Shown: positions 1 through 12,198 of the stretch, piece after piece | Layout of the letters: the number at the start of each line of letters is the position of its first letter | Numbering within the stretch: position 1 is the stretch's first letter | Assembly: GCA_043228905.1 (NCBI GenBank) | Contig: JBHGNT010000006.1 | Location: 20,150,001 to 20,214,000 of the forward strand | Source of the DNA: Azolla caroliniana | Taxonomy: Eukaryota; Plantae; Polypodiophyta | Direction of reading: 5' to 3' | Length of the DNA stretch: 64,000 nt | Position numbers and translations under genes: made by a program | The notes under the pieces: generated by a model | Told to the model about the DNA's origin: nothing | Databases searched by the model: none | Seen by the model: the letters and a program-made list of their open reading frames with translations, nothing else

Positions 1-1599
1 CACCCCAATGCAAGATAAGAATAGAAAACACTGAGTTGGGAAAAGCGGAAAAACATCTAAGCCACTATTAGAGGAGGCCTAGACTAAAATTTTAGAGTTC
101 TCTTCTCTTCTTCTTTAAGCTCTTGGGTAATTTGGGGTTTTGTGAGAAAGAAGGTTTTTTCCCTTGTGTTTTCTTCTTTAGCCTCTTTTTTGTAATGTGG
201 GTTTAGGGTGGCGTATTTATTTTCAGTGATAGAAAGTGATTGTCTTCAACGTGATAGGATTGGAGGTGGAAAAGGATCGACTAGGTGTACATGCCCCTTA
301 GTCTCCAATTGCGTCAAATTTGTTCTTGTTAATCCCCCTAAATTCAAGCTTATTGTAATTGTGGGTTCTATAACCGCCTTCTATTCTACTTTCTTTCTTG
401 ATTCAATATTAATTTAATTGACTTGAGATAATCCACCCTTGATCTAAGTTTGGTGTAATTGTGGGAATTTATAACTAACTTTCCATCTTCTTGTTTCTTG
501 TATTGAGTCGATATAATCAATTTGTGTTATTTTGTGAGTTTTTGTGATTTGTGAGTTTTTGTGTTTTCAACTTGGAAACCGCATAGGGGATTGGGTACGT
601 TGGTTGATTTGAATGGGTGTGTTAGTGTATTAATGGAAAATTTATGATTTCATGAGAGCCCAATTGTTCTTCTTGATTATCCTCGCATTATGTTGCAGGC
701 AACTAGCTTAATGGGGCCTACTACTGACTACTAAATGAACTCCACAAAATTGACTGCTAAATGATGACTTCACAAAATCAACAACTACTCAAATGACGAA
801 TCCACAAATTGCGTCAATCCTGGTAGTTGATCCACTCATAGTCCTAATGGGCCTCATATTTTCAATCATCTCTATAATAAGCACGATATGGGAAAAGTTA
901 GTGCGGTCTCAACCCAAAGTGTTCTTTAAGGGAAATTGATGGTTTGGTTGAGCCTCACATTGTGATAGTTGAGCCTAGCCACTTAGGCATGGTGGACGGG
1001 TTCCATGTGGTGAATGCTGGTGGTAGTTTTGGCCAAAAAGTTGTAATCACAACACTCAATGAGGTGTGTGCAAGAGTGGCACATGACAAATTGTATTCAT
1101 AAAAGAAAGTCGGTTTCAAAATGATTGAGGTTGTGGCAGATTGTGCTTTGTATTGCATTCCAAAACCAAACTTCATCATCATCCATGAAAAGAGCCTTGT
1201 TAAGGGTGTGACTAGTCTATTCACAATCATACAACGTGTGGCAATGGGTGGCTATTATGAATTGCAACACAAGCCACACCTTAAGTGATGTTTGAAAGAG
1301 CCAAGTGCACATTAGAACTCATTACAATAAATCAATCTCTTAAGTAGGTTACAAGAAAGCAAACTATCTAAAGAAAAAGAATGGGGTACACTCAATTTTG
1401 TGGCAAGTAGCAAGAAGTCACAATTGAGCAACACTAATCCAATGTAAGCTCATGAAGAAGTAACTCTTTGAAAGAGAAGGGCTCCTTTATATTTGTGGTT
1501 AATGTAGCATTTGGAGTCTTTTCATGGAATCCTGAAATGTCATTGCTATCTTGCAAGCTTCTAAGGACCTACACAATCCTTCTGTCAAAAGTTTTGTAA

Positions 1600-1950
1600 C
1601 ATGGGGCTGGAAAGCCCATTAATGAACCGACTCATTAAATTTTTCATTTCTACTTTTGTCCCCCAGTTCACGTTGATTAATCTTTTTATGCGCCTAATGT
1701 AATCATGTATGGTCTCCTCCATGTTTTGCTTGAGTGAGAACAATTTATTTACAAGTTTCAATTTGGTTCCTTGTCCTACAAAGTTGGTGAGGAACTCCTT
1801 TCCATATGCGAAGTCCGTCCTATAGAAGATGAGATAGACGATTAATCTGTTGTATGTGTCTTTTGAATATAGGCAGTGGTCCTCATTGCTTTGAGAAAAA
1901 TTTGGTTGATTGCATTAAATTGTCAAAAATTTTATAACACTATCAGGACT
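1600..1950 (-). pseudogene. Degenerate Ty3/gypsy gag fragment
   Basis: Minus-strand translation gives KLVNKLFSLKQNMEETIHDYIRRIKRL, resembling the retrotransposon gag 'L..L.Q...E.V.DY..R' motif. Stops nearby; boundaries approximate. Confidence 0.4.
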
Positions 1951-3648
1951 CCTACTTCAGGCCCAATAGACTCTTCCTGAATCGCAGGCTAGATGTTTTT
2001 GTTCTGGTGATATGAAACCTTTCGATTGCTCCATATAGATTTTCTTATCTAGATCATCATGGAGAAAAGTTGTTTTAATAGCTCATTGAAGAAACTGTAA
2101 GTCCTTGGCAACTACTAGTCCGAGTAAGAATTGAAGGGTTGTCATTTCGTTAGTGAAAAAATCTTGTTGAAATAGACACCATATTCTTATTGAAAACCCT
2201 TTACAACTAATCTGACCTTATACTTGGGGCTAATCAAATAAGATGTTTGCTTGACTCGGAAGACTCATCTGCATGGAAGTGTTGGGTCAATTCTTCAGCA
2301 GTAGAACAAAGTCCTGAGTTTTGTTTTTTGAATGGAGTCCATCTCTGACTCCATTGCTTGTTATCAATTACCGTAATCAGTATAGTAGTTATAGCTTCTT
2401 TTGAGGTTGAAGTCTCATTGACATCTATGTAGAAAATGCCTAGTGAATACCATTCGGATGGATGACATGGTCTCTTAGAAGACGTTAATATATCTTTCTT
2501 TCTTTCTTTCTTTCTTGGATCGGGTTTAAGACCAAGCTCATTGTATCATCACTGATGATTTCTTTTGGAATGGTGAGGATGCCGACTGTTGTCGGTGCAA
2601 TTTAAGGTGTAGGATCAACTATTTGCTAAGTAGTTGATCGTGTGTGTTGAGCTGGACCATCGAGAGAAGTAATTGAATCTTCAAAGGTAATTTGACTGCT
2701 TTGTGCTTTGACTAGATCAGGTCCCGCTCAAGTAGCACAATAACGTGCCTTGAGTTGACAGAAGGCTAGAAACTTTCGAGTAAATCAATTACCCCATGGA
2801 TAAAAGCCTTTAGGTAATTGCTTTTAACAGAAAGTAAAAGATCCTTTTTGTTCTCCTGATGTAGCTATTCACTGACTCTGAGCTTGAAACTTCTGAAGAC
2901 TGAACCTAGGCTCAGCCCCCCAAGCCTTAATATGATTATCTACTGCTAGTATGTAACGTGGGTTGGCTCGGTTTACCTAGTGTTATGTGCCTAGGAAGGC
3001 ACGTTCTGGGATGCGGGGGTTGAAAGCCATTGCTCGGATGGACTCCCAGGTTTGATACATTTCTCCTATTCACTTACTTTTTTCACACCCTTTACACTTA
3101 TCTTTCCCCCCCTTCACATACATCACACACACACACACACATATGTCACACATATTTACACTGACCCACATACAATTATACAATTCTATAAGTAAAAAAT
3201 AAGTTACTCATAAATATATACATATCATACTATACGATCACTTATTTACAATTCCACTACTAAAAGAATCATATTAATAGGCATTATAACCACATATGGG
3301 CATATATACAAGAAAAATTCAAGAAGTTAGTGGATATTCAAACTAATATCCCTGAAGGGCAATCATTCATGTGCACCCTACATTCCCAAAAAGGGTAAAC
3401 TGAAGTACATAGTTCAAGCAGAATATACTCTAGATCACTACCCTCCATCAAGAATGCCATCTTCTCTAGTCCAGGTCCCCGTTGGTCCCGCTTTGCTTTT
3501 ACATATGTGCATTAATTTCGTGACTTTGATCTCATGTAAACTAGGGATGTTCCCCCACAAAGAAGAGGATCTTGGACATGTGGGGGATGGTAAGGCAGTC
3601 CTAGTGTTGCAACATCGACCTCCCTAGTCTATTCAATAAGGGAGGAAT

Positions 3649-6514
3649 CATAGATTGACATATTTGCATTCGTGGAGCCTCCCCCACAAATGCATACGAA
3701 TGCATAAAAAAGTATTTGTTTGGAGAGCAGCCAACGGGGAACAGGGAACAGTGAATAGCAAACAGCTGTGTGACACATACATCCTCGCATCCTCCTGCAT
3801 CATGTTCCCTGAAAATTAGGGTCTGGCTGAAATTCATGCCACTTTGAAATCAGTAAGTCTCTCTTCTCATTGCATCTATTTCTTCTGTATCCAATCTTTT
3901 GTTCGGAAATTGTTGTTGTATTTGTACATTGTTGTTGTTGTAATTTTGTAAATGAACTAGAAATGTTACTGAATGTGTGATATACTAGATTAATAGTCTT
4001 TCCATGAGTCGTGCAACAGGATCAGTTGTATAATATTTCTTAGTAAAGTTTGGTGATTGAGATGGTGTTTCCCTGAATCTCATGTTGAATTTTTTTTATG
4101 TATCAAATTAATCTCTTCCAGGATCAGCTGAAGGCAATCAGTTTATTAACAGGGTGAAATTTCTGCTGATTATTGACACTTACAGAGGTTAATTTACTAA
4201 AATGGTGAAGCAAAAGGGTTATGAATGGGATCATGTGACTGTTGTGAGAAAACCTGATAAGGGTATGCCTGTCGTTCAATGTAAACATTGCCACCATGTA
4301 TTTGTCGGTGGTCCCTTTCGAATTAGAGCTCACCTATTGGGCTTGAAAGGTTTAGGTGTTGACAAATGCCGTCAAATTGATGCTGTCATAAAAGCTGAAG
4401 TACAAAAAATGGTATCTGATATTAGTTGTGCAAATGTTGATGTGAAGGTGGAATCATCAATGAAATGCAATGCTGAAAATAATAATGCAAATGTTGATGT
4501 GAATGTGGAGTCAACATCTATCAGCGAAATGCCTTCATCATCTTTTGTTAATGCATCAACAAGTAAAAAGATGAAAGTAGACAATGCTGAACCCTTGAAA
4601 GTGTCGTGGCAAAAACAACTTGATAAAAATGCAGATGAAGCTATCAGGAGGTTTTTTTTTGTAGAGGATGTACCGGATGTAAAAGTGGGAAGTGCATATT
4701 TTCATGACCTAATAAAAGCAGTAGCACTTGCTGGGCCTTCTTATAAACCACCATCTCCTAATCAATTACGTAGAAGACACTTGAATGAAGAGGTGAAACA
4801 TGTTGAAAATGAGATTATGCGAATTAGGAAAAAATGGAAAACTGTTGGATGTACTATTGTCAGTGATGGTTGGTCAGATACCATGAATAGACCTATAATT
4901 AATGTCATGGCTACTTCTGCATATGGCACTGTGTTTCTGAAATCAGTTGACACGAGTGGAGAATGTAAATCAGGGGAGTATATCTTTAAGATTTTAAAGG
5001 ATGTTATTCTTGATATTGGCCCATCAAATGTTGTGCAAGTTTGTATGGACAATGCAACAAATTGTGTGGCAGCTGGGAGCATGATAGAGAGAGAGTGGCC
5101 CATGATTTTTTTTACTAGATGCACATGTCACTGCCTTGATTTGTTGTTCGAGGATATTGGAAAATGTGCTTGGGTTCATGAGGCTTTGAAATTAGCTACA
5201 AAGATAATCGTGTTTATAACACGAAAACAAAATGCTTTGGCAATGTTTCGTAAGTTTAGTGAGAAAGAATTGTTAAAGCCTTCCACTATTAGGTTTGCCT
5301 ATAGTTTTATCATGCTTTCAAACTTATTGGATGATAGAGTCAAAGGTGGATTAAGAAGAATGGTGGTTAGTGAACAATGGTGTCAATGGAAAGGATCGAA
5401 AACACAAGAAGGAGAAGAAATAGTTTCAATTATACTTGATGCTTCTTTTTGGGCAAATATAGAGAAAATAGTAAAGATATGCAAGCCAATCCTAAAAGTT
5501 CTTAGATTGGCGGATAGAGAAGGTGCAACCATGGGTTTAATTTATGAATATATTCAGCGTATGATTGAAGAAATAAACCACATTGAAGATGTAGATCATA
5601 TAATGGTTGATGAAATTAGAGGAATATGTATGCAAAGATGGACAATGCTACAGTCACCATTGTATGCAACCGGCTTTATTTTGCATCCAATTTGGAGAGA
5701 GAAAATTCAAGATATTGATGACAAGGTCAATACAAGTTGGATGGAAACTATTATGCGTTATACTAATGGTGATGTACATCTATGTGGTGTTTTATTGGAT
5801 GAATTCTATGCTTATAGAACTCAAGAAAGAAGTACGTTTCAAGTTCCTTTGGCAAATGATCCAACTAGGATGCATAATGCAATTAAGTGGTGGGAAACAT
5901 TTGGAGCATGCACTCCAAACTTAAAAAGACTTGCAATTCGTGTGCTTTCTCAAGGTTCATGTGCATCTTCTTATGAAAGAAATTGGAGCACATTTTCATT
6001 GATACATACAAAAAGAAGAAATAGATTGACTCATGCTCATGTTGAGAAATTGGTTTATATACATACAAATCATCGTCTCATTAGAAGAATAAGGGAAAGG
6101 GGATTATGCCTCATTGAAGTAACATTAGATATGATCAACAAAGAAGATGATGATGAGAGGCTTTTGAGAATGCAAAACCAAGCTATTGATAAAAATGATG
6201 AAGTTCATGAGGATGTTATTGATGAGCTTGAAGATGTGGATGATGAATATGATAGTGCATAGACTCTTAAATTTAGAAGTATTACTTAGAAGTTAAAAGT
6301 TAGATCTCTTTAATTAAAACTTTTCTTATGTTGGTGTGATTTTGAAGACCAATCATATTTCTATTAACGAGTGATTGTTCTTTTTTTAGTGAATTAATTA
6401 AGTTTTATTGTGTAATTTATTTTCCAAAACAAATGGTTTTATAATATTTGTGGGGCCATTTCTTATTCTCAATTATTGTGAATATCACGAATATCATGCA
6501 TGTGTCAATCTATG
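3649..6514 (+). mobile_element. hAT-superfamily DNA transposon, full length (2866 bp)
   Basis: TIR CATAGATTGACA (3649-3660) / TGTCAATCTATG (6503-6514), with imperfect extension inward. Flanking 8-mers GGAGGAAT (3641-3648) and GGAAGAAC (6515-6522) match 6/8, consistent with an 8-bp hAT TSD. Encloses the transposase ORF. Confidence 0.85.
4202..6262 (+). CDS. hAT transposase (BED zinc finger, DUF659/RNase H-like DDE core, hAT dimerisation domain), 686 aa
   Basis: BED finger W..V...VQCKHC...GG..RIRAHL; core motifs TIVSDGW, VCMDNA, CTCHCLDL, PSTIRF; C-terminal WWETFG..PNL..LAIRVLSQ..ASSYERNWS..IHTKRRNRL. Uninterrupted ORF. Confidence 0.95.
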   Translation: MVKQKGYEWDHVTVVRKPDKGMPVVQCKHCHHVFVGGPFRIRAHLLGLKGLGVDKCRQIDAVIKAEVQKMVSDISCANVDVKVESSMKCNAENNNANVDVNVESTSISEMPSSSFVNASTSKKMKVDNAEPLKVSWQKQLDKNADEAIRRFFFVEDVPDVKVGSAYFHDLIKAVALAGPSYKPPSPNQLRRRHLNEEVKHVENEIMRIRKKWKTVGCTIVSDGWSDTMNRPIINVMATSAYGTVFLKSVDTSGECKSGEYIFKILKDVILDIGPSNVVQVCMDNATNCVAAGSMIEREWPMIFFTRCTCHCLDLLFEDIGKCAWVHEALKLATKIIVFITRKQNALAMFRKFSEKELLKPSTIRFAYSFIMLSNLLDDRVKGGLRRMVVSEQWCQWKGSKTQEGEEIVSIILDASFWANIEKIVKICKPILKVLRLADREGATMGLIYEYIQRMIEEINHIEDVDHIMVDEIRGICMQRWTMLQSPLYATGFILHPIWREKIQDIDDKVNTSWMETIMRYTNGDVHLCGVLLDEFYAYRTQERSTFQVPLANDPTRMHNAIKWWETFGACTPNLKRLAIRVLSQGSCASSYERNWSTFSLIHTKRRNRLTHAHVEKLVYIHTNHRLIRRIRERGLCLIEVTLDMINKEDDDERLLRMQNQAIDKNDEVHEDVIDELEDVDDEYDSA

Positions 6515-7569
6515 GGAAGAACTATCAAACACCACAATATCCTCTCCACATAATTGTAATAGTTAGAGAGAGAAGATGCATCAAGAAATGAGGACAAATT
6601 TATAGATATCCCTCAATTGAGGTCATCATTAAGCACACCACTAAGCAATCAACCACCATTTTAAAAAAAGAAGGTTCCACAACCCACCTAAAACTATGGA
6701 AGAATATTTAGAAAGGGACATCACTCAATGCTTACAACACATCGATCAAGCCTAGAGACAAGTGCATTGTGCTAGTGCCCTCCAGGGGGGCAACGGAATT
6801 TTCGGATCTCGTTTTCGACATTGAGGTGAATTTTACAAGCTTACATATGAATTTTGGACAACATATGCACAAATATATAATTCCTTCATATAACTAAGCC
6901 TTAATTATGTACTCTCACACACACAAACACATACATAATCTGATCACATGGGATAAAAATTCATAAGCATAAATTAACTTATCCCCTCTAAAGAAATAAA
7001 GTAAATGTGAAAATTGTCAACCACAAGCTCTTTAACTTTGACCCTAGATCTTTAGGCTAAATGGTTACCCCAATGTGAAAGGTGGTAACCTTTTTGTAAA
7101 TGAGCTATAAAATTCACAAATAGCAACTTTTTTGCCCTTCTTAAATCTTCAGTTTTCTCTTCCCTTTAACCTAAGTTAGAGCTCTCATTCTCTCCTTTAC
7201 TCTCATATACTTATTGTGAGTTGAGTGAATAAGGTTAAGTGTTACAATTGCCACTCTTTTTATATGTGTTGTGTGACCTCTCTATTTTATTGAGGTGTGG
7301 TCAACACTATTATGTGTAATCTCTTTCTTTGACACATGTGCACTTAACACTTTAGCCTTTGTAAGGTATTAGTTAACTTCGTAAATAGAGTTGCCTTAGT
7401 GAAGTGTGAGAGCGGGTTCACAGGGTTAGGGTTAATGAAGCTAGTAGCTCGAGAGTGCTTTTACAACCACTCTTGTGGGTTGCCACCAATAAGGTATATG
7501 GTGATTTAGACATATTTGGCATACAATTTCAGCAAGGAGAGAAAACTTAGACATAAACAAAGGCGTGGA

Positions 7570-8493
7570 TTCAATGCAATACACTTAGAGATGCCACATA
7601 CATGTTCACCAAGTTCTATGACAACTAAAAGAATATGGTGTCTATGCCAAACTCGAAAAGTGTAGTTTTGATCACAACCAAGTGGAATTCCTTAGATACA
7701 AAGTATCAACATAAGATAACTCAATGCATCAACATAGGTGCAAATACTTCTAGATTAGTAAACATTTGCACAATCTGCGTGATCTCTAATGTTTCTTGGG
7801 ATATTTGCAAAGTTTTGCACAAATTTATAAGAATTTCTCAAAGATGGTTTTGCCCTTTATACAATTTACGCAAAAGAATCAACCATTTGCATGGACTTCA
7901 AATACATCGAAAGCATTTGAAAGCTTTAAGCATGCATTTACATTTGCCCCTATTCTTATCCATGCTAACCCAACAAACAATCATCCTAGAGGTTGATGCA
8001 TTAGATTTTGCACTTTGAAGTTTCCTATGACCTACCAAAGATAACAACCAATTGCATCTAGTCACTTTCCATTCAAGAAAACTTGAATCCATGTGCTTGT
8101 GCTTAGCTACAATTACTCAAGGTCATTGAATGATGAATACAATAACAAAACATGATTTTCCAACATTTGAACATAAGAGTCACAAATTACCAAGGCAAGA
8201 AAACTTAAAGTAGTAAGATTGTTCCGACCTACCTTGGTCGAGGAGATGCCCAAGAACATATAGAAAGGTTTTAAAAAGTAGTCAAAGCCTATGAACCAAT
8301 TACGACTAACATGAAGGTTGTTGCAATCCAACTGACTTTAAATGATAAGCCAAAGGAACTTACACATGATTTCATAGTTACAAAAGCAGACTTCTTGAAA
8401 CACTCCACTTGATAAAGGCTTTGCTAAGTTTCCTTATAATATCTCAGTTCATTCTTCTACTAGATGTACTCCCTTCTTTGTCAGCATGGGATG
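7570..8493 (+). pseudogene. Degenerate Ty3/gypsy pol fragment (RT/RNase H), left flank of the copia insertion
   Basis: Frameshifted remnants YAKLEKCSF..QVEFL, PFAWT....AFESFK.AFT.APILIH, ILEVDALDFAL, FHSRKL. Confidence 0.75.
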
Positions 8494-8919
8494 TGTGAAG
8501 ATTAGCATGTGGAAGCTACACAGACACTACCGGCTCAGTCAAACAGCAACAATGAATAGTAAACACAAAGAACAATGGTGAGAGACAAAGAGAGCAGAAC
8601 AGTAAAACTCAATTTCAAAATAATACTCTATTTGTACATACAAGTGTGCTCAGTGAGCACTTTTATACAAGTCCATAAAGGACAGTCAGAAGTACTAAAA
8701 AGTACTTCAATGCTCATCACTCAGCTACTAACACTAACTCCCAAAAATATGCCTATCTACTAGACTAGAATCGTAGGCCTCTAATGGCCTATCGGCTCAT
8801 ACAAATCCATAAAAGTAACACTAACTCCAAGAAAAAGTACTTTTATACAAATCCATAAAAGGAGTGACATGTACAAATCCACGCCTCTCGACCTTCTCGG
8901 TCTTCTTGTCTGCTCAGCA
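8494..8919 (-). repeat. Copia LTR A (outer, 3' LTR)
   Basis: Begins TGTGAAGATTAGCATG like LTR C; ends CTTGTCTGCTCAGCA; TSD immediately to the left. Confidence 0.85.
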
Positions 8920-10127
8920 AGCCCATCTCAGCTCCTTCACTGTTATGACTTTGGCACTTGTCAACCCGTCGGTTCCTCCGTGTTGGTGTCAATTATGTTG
9001 CCTTCTTGTCTGCATGGTCTTTAACTAATCTAACTCCTACAAATCAAACTTTGAAGTGAATCGGCTGCCTCTGATTCATTCCCACTCTTGTCTGAGTTTG
9101 TTGTCTCTAACTCGTCCTCGATCTACAGGCCTTCACAACATCAGACCATGTTCAGGTCTTGGCCCTCTTTTTTCGGTCCGCTCTGTCCTTGTTGACTCTG
9201 CCACCGTCGCTGCTCATTTTGACTCTTTCGGATGTGTCGACTTCTTTAATCGACTCAGCTTCCTTTTTCTTCTTGTCTCCCCCTGTTTCAGACACTTCTC
9301 CAGTTCCTTTACTTGACTTTCCAGTTTCTATTCTAGTTCTCCTCGTACCAGTATTGGTTCTCCCCCTCAAGTGCGACACCTCGAGATGCTAAATACCAAG
9401 CATCTCCGAGAAGTGTTGCAACTTGTTCGATCCGAGCACCTTGGTGAAGATGTCGACAACTTGCTAATTCATTGGAACATACCGAAGTTTGACTTCACCG
9501 CTCAGGACCCGCTCACGCACAAAGTGATAATGCACTTTTATGTGCTTCGTCTGAGCATGGAACACATGGTTCTTGGCCAGCTACATGCTACTCATGTTGT
9601 CGTAGTAGTTCGGGATCGGAGTCGATACTTCGATCCGGAGGTCTTACAACAGCTGCCAAAGCTAGATGGCTTCACAAGTGTCGACGGTAGCGCCCTAATA
9701 CTCAGCCTTAGTGCTCGACAAAGCCACTATCTGCTACTTTTTTCTGCTCCATGCAACAGTCGCACTACCTAGAGAAAACATGTAACCAGAAGTGGACCAA
9801 CGATCCGACGCATCACCGGCCCAATCGGCATCCGTATAATCGACTAGCGTTTCGGTTATATCGTGTCGGTACAGCAGTCCCCGATCCTTAGTGCCGCTTA
9901 TATACCTGAGTATTCGGTGTGCACACTAAAGGTGCTCCACGGGCGGCCTCTACATTAACTGACTTATCACCCCGACCGGATAGCTGATGTCGAATTGGGT
10001 GATAGTAAGATATATTAGGCTTCTGACAATATGTCAGAACCGTTTCTCATTGCAGGATGTAGCTTGAGGTTCCAATCTAGGGGTGTCAAGACGTAGCTTG
10101 AGGTTCTGGTCCAAGGGTGTCAAGATC

Positions 10128-10475
10128 AGTCAACAGTCGGTCATGCCGAACTTGTGCAGCATATTCAGCACATAATGTCGCTGAGATAACAATATGTCGT
10201 CGGGGGTATGGATCACCTCGATCCTGAGGAAATAATGAAGGTTAGTCAACAGTCGGTCATGCCGAACTTGTGCAGCATATTCAGCACATAATGTCGCTGA
10301 GATAACAATATGTCGTCGGGGGTATGGATCACCTCGATCCTGAGGAAATAATGAAGGTTAGTCAACAGTCGGTCATGCCGAACTTGTGCAGCATATTCAG
10401 CACATAATGTCGCTGAGATAACAATATGTCGTCGGGGGTATGGATCACCTCGATCCTGAGGTAATAATGAAGGTT
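10128..10475. repeat. 116-bp tandem triplication inside copia RT
   Basis: Unit AGTCAACAGTCGGTCATGCC...AATAATGAAGGTT starts at 10128, 10244 and 10360; copies near-identical (one mismatch seen). Confidence 0.95.
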
Positions 10476-12198
10476 CCCCAAGTCCTTCATTTTGAATGCG
10501 TTCTACAATTGGGACTTCACTCAACCGATTTCAGCGAGTCTGGATCCGATGATGACCAGATCGTCCACGTATAACAAGATAGATACCAGACCTTCCAGAC
10601 CTTTCCGGACCCTAAACCCCATCAGACGCAACTGGCGCGTGATCTTCGATTTCCAAGCACGGGGGGCTTGCTTCAGGCCATAAAGCGACTTCTTGACTCA
10701 GTACACTTCTGATTTGTTCGTCTCCGACTGAAATTTAGGGGGTTGGTTCATGTAGACCTGTTCTTCAAGATCGCCTTGAAGAAACACATTTTTCATGTCC
10801 ATTTGGTGAAGATGTCACCCCCTTGTCGCAGCAACCGCTAGCACCACACGAACCATCGTCATCTTTGCTACCGGAGCAAAGGTCTCATCGTCATCAATTC
10901 CATGGGTCTACACATATCCTTTGGCCACTAACCGAGCCTTGTATTGGTTGACCAAATCGTCGGCATTGTACTTCACCTTGAATACCCATTTACAGCCAAT
11001 CGGTTGCAATGTCGGGGAGGGTCAACCAGGTCCCATGTGTCATTGGCATCGAGTGCCCTCATTTCTTCCTCCATAGTGGCACGTTGATTCACGTCTTTTG
11101 CCGCTTCTGCCTAGCTCTCCAGCTCCTGCACATCCACTACTTTCGTCATGTACGCATAATGATGCGCCATGTACTCATTATAATCGTACCGTTTTACGGG
11201 GTTTTTCTTGCGAGTCGATTGACACAACTTCTCGTTGTCGATTTCAAGGCCCTCTTGGTTGACTCGGACTTCACCTCCGAAGGTCCGTCTTAATTCTGTC
11301 TGGAGGCAGGCTCACTCCGATCCGACTCTTCTCTGCCAATGTCGTACTCCAACATCTTCTTCTTCCCCTCCTCTTTGCACGTGAACCGCGTCCTCGGTTC
11401 TTTACGTGGGGAAAGCATGGCCGAGTATCCACTACTTGCCAGCTCTTCATCTAGCTGGCCTTTCCGACTCGGCTCTTCATTTGGCCCGTTTAGCCGGAAT
11501 GAGATTGCACTCTCATCTAGAGTACCGAATCCCTCTTCATCTTCTACCTGGATTGTTTCGGGCTCACTGTCCTTGTCTTACGAAATTGGGTCAAAGTCAG
11601 GGGCCAGAGTTGGTAGAGAGTACCAAGATGCCGATTCATCAAATTCAACATTTCGGCTTACTCGGCCTATCTTTGCCCGGGAGTTGTAGCACTTGCACCC
11701 CTTCTGCTCATGAGAGTAGCCGACTAATATGAACTTCTCCGACTTTGGGTCTAGCTTCCTCCGCTTCTCATTTGGTACATGCATATAGGCTACGTTACCA
11801 AATACCTTAAGGTGTCTTAAATTCGGCTTTCTCTTGAAATACAACTCGTGTGCTGACACCTTATCCCCGATCTGGTTTTGGATGTAGACGGCCATTCAGA
11901 CCGCTCAGCCCAATAGAACTTGGGCATGCTCTTCTCTTCCAGCATCGCTCGTGCCGCCTCCACAATCGACCGGTTCTTCCTTTCGGCCATACCGTTTTGT
12001 TCTGGTGTGTATTGGCAGCCAAATTCCCAAGTTGGCAAGCTTCACAAATTTGGGCCTTCCGGCCACTAAATTTCGACAATCCGAAAACCACTTGTTTCGA
12101 TTGTAGAACTTGAAGCCTTTGATAATTGACGTGGCCAATCTGCTTATGCCACAAATCAATATCTGACTCGACCTTTTGACCTTTGGCAAATAAAGCGG

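Noticed and set aside
1-700. Possible LTR fragment at the window start
   Set aside because: LTR-like composition, but no partner LTR, PBS or TSD could be verified.
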